In this document: one piece after another, positions 55,946-64,000 of the stretch
Numbering within the stretch: the stretch's first letter is position 1
How the letters are laid out: every line of letters begins with the position of its first letter
From: the human T2T-CHM13v2.0 reference genome, Homo sapiens
DNA length: 64,000 nt
Reading direction: 5' to 3' (one strand)
Assembly: GCF_009914755.1 (NCBI RefSeq)
Contig: NC_060940.1
Translations under genes and position numbers: made by a program
The notes under the pieces: model-generated
Seen by the model: only the letters and a program-made list of their open reading frames with translations
The model's database searches: none
Told to the model about the DNA's origin: nothing

Positions 55946-58319
55946 ATGGATCCTTGAGAACTCAGGCCTGATACCCATGGCTTTTGCCTTTCCAGTTCTT
56001 TATTCTGGAATAAAGAACTGGCAAGGCAGAAGCCTTTTTCCTTGTGTAGGGAAAGTCACCTTTCTCCACACAGAGAAATCTGCCTTCTTTTAAGCAAAAC
56101 AGTTTGAGGGAGGATGCTGAGTCTTCATCAGCCTAGATTCCAATTATAATGGACCTATAGCAAGCTGCACTGAAATCACATCTGATTTATTCAACCCCTT
56201 TTCCCTGATGATTACCTTCTCCATTCTGAACAAGAATATCTCCTCTTTCTGGGTGAGGGAGCAGCCTGATGATAGCCTCATTAGAAAATGCGGCCGCTCC
56301 TTCTTGCAGTCTAATTGGCTGACAGGGTTTGGGATGTGAAATGTAAATTGCTGACAGTGTGCACGGCCCTACTTTTATCACAGTGAAATCTTCAGCTGTC
56401 AAAGCAAATGGATATGTGGAGTGGTTCATTTTATGTGTCATTAAAAGACCCATAATTCCGGCCATACGTCTTTCCTGGATTCTTTCAAGAGGTGGTACTT
56501 GGGATTCCCTGGACTCCTGAGTGTCTCCTGGACACCCTACACAACTTCAGGCATGGTGAAGGCAGCTGTTGCAGCTTCAGGTAGCGAAGACTCAACTGAG
56601 AGAGTTGGCCCTATGTGGGATTTCTCGGGCTTCTCATATAGGCTTATGTTTCACTCATCACTTCTCCTGCATCCTGACCCTTCGGTCAAGTGCTGGAATG
56701 TTCCAGAAGATGAGATGGTTGGCTGCTGTTTATGGTCCTGGTGGCTAGAGGCATTGCTACTCAAGGGACACTGGCTGGTGAGCAGCTTTGAGAGTCTGCA
56801 AGCCAAAGACGGTCTCTTGGGAGAAATCTCTTTGTAGGGAAGCAGCATGTGCGCAAGGAAGTCTGGGCAATCCCAGAGCCTGAGTTCTGCTTCCTGGAAA
56901 GTGTATCACAAGCTCCTCAAGGGAGGATGTGGGCCAGCTCATCGGGATCCAAACCCATGCACCGGTCCAACCAGTGACTTGAAAAATGGAGGTGTCAGCA
57001 TCCGATGACCTTCCCCGCATAAGAAAGGGAAGTGACACTGGTGGCATTTGGCGTTAACTGTCCAAGAATACGTAAGGATGGCAAGTTAAACAGTAATCAC
57101 CAGGTAACCATCTCAGACAGATAGAAACAGAGGGGAAAAAACCCAAGAGTAGCTATCTTTAAAGAGAACAAGCAGATCTGAGTAATCCAATTTAGGAGAG
57201 ATAAGAGCCTGCTGCTAGTACTGTCCTTTAACTGGACAAACGCCTTCGTTCAAGTGTCAACCCCAATCCGGGAGAGGTCACCGCACTGGGCCTGCTGCCT
57301 AATATACTCCTGAACTGGCTGAGTGGCTTTCCGAACAAACACACTGGTCCAACAGAATTGATTTTCAACAGGCCGTATTGGTCCCTAACGTAATTATCCA
57401 GCAGTGAGTCAGTTCACGGCGGCCCCTGCATTTAAACGCTGCTGGTCAGCCTGGGAGAGGGGACAGCTGTGCAGAGGGGCCTTCTCCAAACTTCACTTGG
57501 GAACCTGTTTCTTTCCCCCCAGCTGCTTTTCTCCCAGCTTCCTAAATAATTTAAAGAGCGATGGGGATTTTGCACAGCTCCGTCTTAAGTGGGCATTGTC
57601 TTAGAGGCCTTGGTCTCATGTGCCAATGAATATCAAGTCCTGGCTGTTTGATAGGTGAATTCAATTTAAGATAAGGAATCAAATGGAATCCTTTTAAAAC
57701 GCTTCAATGTTTAACCTCTTCCTTTCTTCAAAGCCTTCTTGGCAGCACGGTTTCCATTACCTCTGGGTCTCCAGCCTTCCAGGGGGGCAGGTCCATGGGG
57801 GTGACCTCCCAGAATAGTGCCCTCCCCCAAAAGACTGTCACTCAAAGCCTCTGGTCCAGGTCCTTGTCTGTCAAATGTAGTATGACCTTTAAACTTTCAG
57901 CTGAACATTACAAAAGTATCTAAATGTCAATGGGTTCCCAAAGCTGGTAGATCCATTATAAAGGGTATGAGAACTTTTATACCATTTCTAGGATATCCAA
58001 ATAAAATAACTTCTCCCTGGATGCAGGAATAGTGGCAAGCCTCAAAGACCACAATGTTCCTTCCCATTCATCACTTCCATTCAGACTGAGAGAAACTTAC
58101 ATATTTCTTTCAGTCTGGGGAATCGCCATACTGGTACTATCTTTTATACACAGCCTTTTAGCTCATGCCTCTCACCCGCAGAGAGGGCAGGAGTGAGGTC
58201 TGAGGCATCCTTGTCCTCCTGACACCCAGTGCACTGCATGGCCTAAAGCAGTACTCAGCAACGCTGTGTGGAGTTGAATTAAAGTGATTTTTAATGACAA
58301 AAGGACAATCAAATAGCTC

Positions 58320-58450
58320 GGTAAGCATGGGCAATAGCTTGACCTCTCTGTGCCTGGACTGCATTTCTTCATCTTTGAAATGAGGATAACGGCTCCTGTG
58401 GCATGAGGTTGTTATAAGGATAAACGGTGTCACTATTTGTCAAGCCTTTG
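58320..58450 (+). mobile_element. MIR
   Basis: TGGGCAATAGCTTGACCTCTCTGTGCCT..CATCTTTGAAATGAGGATAA..GGTTGTTATAAGGATAAA. Confidence 0.8.
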
Positions 58451-58453
58451 GTT

Positions 58454-58696
58454 TCTCTCTCTCTCTCTCTCTTTTTTTTTTTTTTTTTTTTTTTTTTTGG
58501 AGACAGAGTCTGTCACCCAGGCTGGAGGGCACCAGGCAAGATCACGACTCACTGCAATCTCTGCCTCCCGGGTTCAGGCAATCCTCCCATCCCAGTCTCT
58601 CGAGCAGCTGGGACTACAGGCATGTGCCACCACGCCAGGTTGATTTAAAAAAGTTTTTTGGGGTAGTGATGGGGTCTTGCTATGTTGCCCAGGCTT
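58454..58696 (-). mobile_element. 5'-truncated AluJ with (CT)n/poly(T) tail
   Basis: GCAATCCTCCCATCCCAG; ends at CTATGTTGCCCAGGCT. Confidence 0.88.
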
Positions 58697-59449
58697 CAAT
58701 ACTCATCAAGCTGTTGGAACTGCACCTGGGACACATAGAAGCTTTAAGTAAGGGACACAACTAGCCACTTACAGGGTAGTACAAGGGGTGTCCAATAGAA
58801 ACAGCCTTCCTGAAGCTTTTCTTCATATGGGACTTCATCTGCTGTGAAATCCTCAGCTGCACTGGTCAATCAGCCGTGCTATCCAGCCTGGCCTCCCTAA
58901 ACTGGCTTGGTTCAGGGCTGGGGTCCCAAGCCTGTGTGTGTGCCTGACCAGAAGCCTCATGGTCCAGGGGTAGAGAGTTGCTGATGAGGAGATGTGGAGC
59001 AGGACACGAAGAGATGTGTCTCTGCCTGCCCCGCCCTAGTTCCAGGGGGAATCCACACAGGCAGTGACAATGAATGAATTCATGGTGGCAGTGACCATGA
59101 GAGAAATTGATCATCTAAGTTCTCAAGAAACACTGTGCATTCATGATTGACCTGCTGGGAGGCTCTGCTCAGGCAAATGGTAAGACACAGTTAGAACCCG
59201 TCTGCAAGAGACAAGAAAAATATTCCCATTTGTTTAAAAACACTAAAATCACCCATGGGCTCATTTCGCCAAAGCTGTTTTGGTTTTCACCGAGTCCCCC
59301 TGGTCAGAGTGGAGCTATGAAAACCAAAGCAAGGACTCCCATCCATTTACTCACTCTGGGTTGACCCAGGATCCTGCTTGGCTCAAGCGACCTGACTGAA
59401 ATGAGCACACACTGGATCATTTCTGAAGCCCAAACTAACACAATAGTGT

Positions 59450-60040
59450 TATTAGCAATAAGATTGATAATGTGCTGGATACTATTTAAGTGCTCTTCTT
59501 CTATCAGTTCACTTAATCTGACAGGTAACATCACTGTCATTTCATCTGAGGAAACGAAGGCACAGAGAGGTTAAAGAGCATGGCTGAGATCACAGATTTG
59601 GGACTTTGAACCAGCTCATGGCCACTTAGCCATCCTGCCCCTCTGCAGAGAGGAAAGTAGATGGAGATGCTGCAGTTTACAAAATCACGTGAATGCTGTT
59701 AGTATAGACCCAGTGTGCGGTGAAAAATGAAAGGAAGCAGGAGAAAAAGAGGCAGGAGGAGAAAGGAAGAAAGACATTTGGCATAAAGAACAGGAGGAGA
59801 TAGGAAAAAGATAAATACGTTATTAATACTTAATATTGTTATTTTTATTTATCAAATAAATAGTGTTCATGATAACGACAGGTAACATTTATGGAGAGCA
59901 TAAAATACGCCATGCGCTGCATTGTATGAAGCACTTCACATTCAGTTATTTAATATTCATAATGAAGCAATCAGTTATTACTACAAATCTCACTCGGAGA
60001 GAAGGAAACTGAGGCTCAGAGAGGTTATAACTTAGTCAGT
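59450..60040 (-). mobile_element. Two MIR copies (about 59450-59640 and 59870-60040)
   Basis: GAGGAAACGAAGGCACAGAGAGGTTAA and GGAAACTGAGGCTCAGAGAGGTTA cores. Confidence 0.78.
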
Positions 60041-60063
60041 ATGGGACCAAAATCTAACCAGAG

Positions 60064-60258
60064 TAGGGCTGTGGGATTTAGCAAATAAAAATACAGGACA
60101 CCCAGTTCAATCTGAATTCCAAAGAAACCCCAGATCATCTGGCACGCACTTACACTAAAACTAAAAATCATTTAGGACATCCTTATGCTAAAAAAAATGT
60201 ATCCATTTATCTGAAATTCAAACTGAACTGGCATCTTATATTTCATCTGGCATCCCTA
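60064..60258. mobile_element. MER53 palindromic hAT MITE
   Basis: GATTTAGCAAATAAAAATACAGGACACCCAGTT ... TTTATCTGAAATTCAAACTGAACTGG..ATCTGGCATCCCTA. Confidence 0.88.
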
Positions 60259-61659
60259 GACAGAGGCATTATGAGGTTGTCTCAAGTTTTTATAGTTTTA
60301 AGCTGGCAGGAACTTGAAATGTAAGGTCCCGAGTGTATTCATCTGATCAGATTCTCAGTGCATCTGTATAGACGCCAACAGGATCCAAATTCTTAACTGG
60401 CTGCAAATCCAAAGTTTTAAGTGCCCGAGTAGAATCTCAGGCATGTACGATGACTGCCCAGCTCTGTGCTGGGGGGCATGCCCATATGGGGCCCTCATTT
60501 CACGAGGTCTCCCTTCCACGCCCTGTTACCTGCAGGTAACATGCCTGTTACCAGCATGGCCTCTGGACCACGTGCATTTGACCTCCTCCCCAGTCCAGCG
60601 TCTGCCTGCGTGCAAGCTCTTTCTGCCCCAAACAGGAGGCCAAGAATTTTCCCGCTTTCAGTGTGCACAGCTGCCTGGCAGCCAGAGACAGCGACGACCT
60701 CATCCACCCTTCTTCCTGCCTGTCCTTCCCCTAAAGTCCTCCTGAATAGGGTCAGGTTCTGGCTGCGTTTTTCAGTCTCTAATTAGCAGATTCCAATTCA
60801 TCACCCTGAGTATCTCCCGGCATCAGCCCCAAGATTCCCTCCTCTTGCCTGGTGAATCGGTCTTCATTTAAAACCCTCTCTCTTAGCCCTAAATGGAAAT
60901 CAATTCTGCAAGTTTAGCAAATAGTTAATTACTCCACAAAGAGGATTGATTGGCCTTTGATCACCAGAAAGCTCTGCAGTGCTATTAGTCTCTTTCATCT
61001 GTGATTAAACCACAGAGAGAAAGAAACAAAAACTAAATTAGGCTTCTCCTGTTATCCTACAAATATTTAATGACGGGCTAATCTCCTAGAGGTGTGTTCG
61101 GGGGATACGTGTTCCATTAGGAGCCAGCTTCCATTCAACCTTGAACCGAGATTCCATCTTTGTGGAGAGTGCAGCAAAGAACTTTACAGAGGAACAGAGC
61201 TGGGCTCAAAGAAACGCTTTGTAGGACACACTCTTTTCTGCCTTTTCTTCTCTTCTCTTCTTATGTATGTTTTAATGCAGATAAAGATTTTCCCAGTGGA
61301 CTCCTGACATGAATAATAATAATAAGAGGAAACCTGGCTTAAAAAATTCCATTTGGGTTTTTTTCTAACTCTGTAACTAGAACCAGATCCTGTCCCCTTG
61401 ATTTGCACACACCAAGGAGTTCCTCTCTCAAGCCACAGACTCCTTCAACTAGGGGCAGAAAAGGCAGGTGCCATGGAGCTTTTTGGTGGCTACCTCTTCC
61501 TGAATAGGGACACTAAAGAGCAGGGCAGGAGCTGGGATGGTCTGCTTCATCCAATCCTCAACATCGTCATGTACAGGAAATGACTCTTTAGAAAAGGCAC
61601 TTTCTGTGATACAAGAGTCCTATAAAGGACATAAGGAAACTGAGGCACAGCAGGGAGGA

Positions 61660-61870
61660 CAGATCAAGGACCTTGGAGTCAGGCAGAATTGAATTCAACT
61701 GCTCCCTCTGCTTAATATCTGCGTGACCTTGGGCAAGTCGCTTCACATCTCAGACTATGTACAAAGGTGACCATAACGCCTACTTTCCAGGGCTGTGCTG
61801 CTGATCTGTTCCAACAGAGCGCGACGGTACCAAGCATAGGGCTTGACGCATAGTAGGAGCATTTGTTGCT
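61660..61870 (+). mobile_element. MIR
   Basis: TGCGTGACCTTGGGCAAGTCGCTTCACATCTC..CATAGTAGGAGC. Confidence 0.78.
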
Positions 61871-62744
61871 AGGTTTGCTCCCCTCCCTTTCTTTTACTCA
61901 GGGTCACACAGCTCATTACTGAGAGAGTTGAGCCTGGAGCCATTGTCCTTCCCGAGTCCAGGGTTTTTCCTCCCCCACATTCACGCTGCCTCTCCAGCAA
62001 CCTTTCCACTGTACACTTTCCATTCTGCTTAGAATTCATCCCAGAGACCTAAGTTTCCGAAATAACATCAAGGCTTCAGAATTAAAGAAGAGATCCAGGC
62101 CAAGAATAATACAGCCAAGAAACCAACCAGGTTTTCGTTGAATGGGCACTTTCTGAATGGCGGAGTCACCCCCCGCCGACCATTGCCAACCCACTGGATA
62201 AGCTACTTCGGTCTCCAGAAACAAACACAAGACAGGACCTAATTGATTGCTTTTCAGCCTGGTACGGCTGGCCCGATGAAGACAGCTGGCATGCACTTTG
62301 TAACACCCTCATTTGTTCTTCCTGCAGTCTCATGTACAGCCCCACGGGTCACTCTGGGGTTTTCCTCTTCATAATTTTATCAGACAAACCCTGCTAATTG
62401 GACTGACCTAGAGCAAGACGGTGATGTTGGCAAAGTCGGTGCTCTGTAATACCAGTTCCAGCTTTGTCTTCAACTTGTCCCCACGCTGAGACGGGACCCC
62501 TCACGGCGGTGACACATGCCTTGTTCTACATGCTAAAGACCAATGGACTCTGCACCAGATCATCCAGTGGGAGTCCCAGCTCCGACACTTACAAGCTGAG
62601 CGACCTTGGACAATACAATGGCAATGCTAACAAGTTTAATTAACATATGCTGAGCACCTTCTTGTGTCAAGGACGGAGCCAGCATTTCCATGGGGATTAA
62701 GTAGACTAATTACCTGAAAGTATTTGTGGCTATCAATATTATCA

Positions 62745-63187
62745 TTAGATTTTGTTCGGTTTCACTCACGTCCTTTCAACATTCATCCTATACATGAAGG
62801 CTGTTTGCTGCAAACACCTATGATGCTCACCTGAGGGCTTTTTTTTTTTTTTCTTCCTGGCCATGGGAGTACACTAGGCCTGTGCTGGGAGGTGCCCAAG
62901 AGCTAACAGGGTGGGAAGCAGCCGTTAACCAGAGACTGACTGGGATTTCCTCCTCCCTCGGGTGGACAACTCTGAGTGTGTGCCCCATACCACCTCCCAA
63001 AGTTACCCAGCAGAGCTCAGCTCCAATTGGCCATGGTGGAAATGTGCTAGATAATACACATTTTATGGACTTCTTTCCTTCCCCTCTTTCCCTTTCCCCA
63101 CTCCTCTACTAGTGTTTCACCTTCCAAATAGATGATTTCTCAAATTTTTGTCTCTGGTTCTATTTCTGGGAAAACCCAGACTAAGAG
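62745..63187 (+). mobile_element. LTR16-family (ERVL) solo LTR
   Basis: GGGAAGCAGCCGTTAACCAGAGACTGA..GGTGGACAACTCTGAG..TTTCTGGGAAAACCCAGACTAAGA. Confidence 0.75.
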
Positions 63188-64000
63188 AATAGATCTTAAT
63201 AATAATAATAATACCCCCCACCACAAAACCCCAGCAAGAATACTTGTTACTCGACTGAAAATTTGGGGCATAAAATGCATCAGCAGGTTTGCATCTTGGA
63301 AGAAGGTTAAAATGAAATTAATTACAAAAAATAACAAAAATTGAGAGAGAGAGAGAAAACAGGAATATGGAGAAGCAATGGTAACGTCTTCTGGGAGCAA
63401 ACAAACGGTGACAGAAGTAACCTAGGGCAACTGAGATGGCAACTAAGAAGAGTACAGGGAAGGCCAGAGCCTTCTAGAATTGAGAGAGAGGACAGAGACA
63501 GAGACAGAAAGACCCTGTTGGAGGCACACTGGGCCCTGTTACAGATGAGCTACTTCAATGTCACTGTGGTTTTGCCAGAAAACCAGAGGGCTTACCCTAT
63601 AGGCCCCATTCCTCCAGGTTCTAAAAGGAGCCTAAAATGACAGGTTCCCCTTGGACCAGCAGACAGAGGAGTGGTAGGGTTCAGGCTGTACCTGGCAGGA
63701 ATTTTTAGGGCGTGAGAATTTGAACCGTGGCCTGTGTCGGGAGGTGTGTAGTTTGAGTGGATTCCTCTTCCAGGTCACTCTGTCAGACTCCTCACATTCC
63801 TTCGGCTCCATCTGGAATTGCCCATTTCCCTCTTCCAGGCTGGTCTGCTCCAACCCACTTTCCATGCCCACCCACTGCTGTCTAATATCCTTCAGGGACT
63901 TCGCACTGCTCTCAGGAGAAGGAAAGGTACCCTGGGCCCACCCAGCAACGTCTGGATCTCTCCCTGTGAGCCTCCCCCATCCCCTCTCGGGAGCATCTTG

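Noticed and set aside
55540-56093. Pro/Ser/Leu-rich and Gly/Arg/Glu-rich ORFs
   Set aside because: Artefacts of the stop-free (CCCT)n tract.

Overview
Primate (almost certainly human or great-ape) non-coding genomic DNA, either intronic or intergenic. I cannot name the locus from the sequence alone. I found no supportable protein-coding gene, tRNA, rRNA or CRISPR array. The ORF track is explained by Alu, L1, L2 and LTR translations, low-complexity tracts or chance. The window holds 20 Alus (15 in the first 21.3 kb, none from 21.3 to 46.3 kb), L1PA/L1M fragments, L2, L3/CR1, MIRs, MaLR/ERVL solo LTRs, hAT/mariner MITEs and microsatellites, plus TE-poor, homeobox-motif-rich stretches that resemble developmental enhancers. 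The most unusual structure is two unrelated non-Alu inverted duplications. One has ~229 bp arms at 30226/31547 and the other has gapless 173 bp arms at 40364/41741. Each encloses a 1.1-1.2 kb spacer and appears to straddle an old-TE/unique-DNA junction, and both lie in the Alu-free block. They may be neutral replication scars; no function is shown. Repeat subfamily calls come from recalled consensus sequences, and boundaries of old repeats are approximate.
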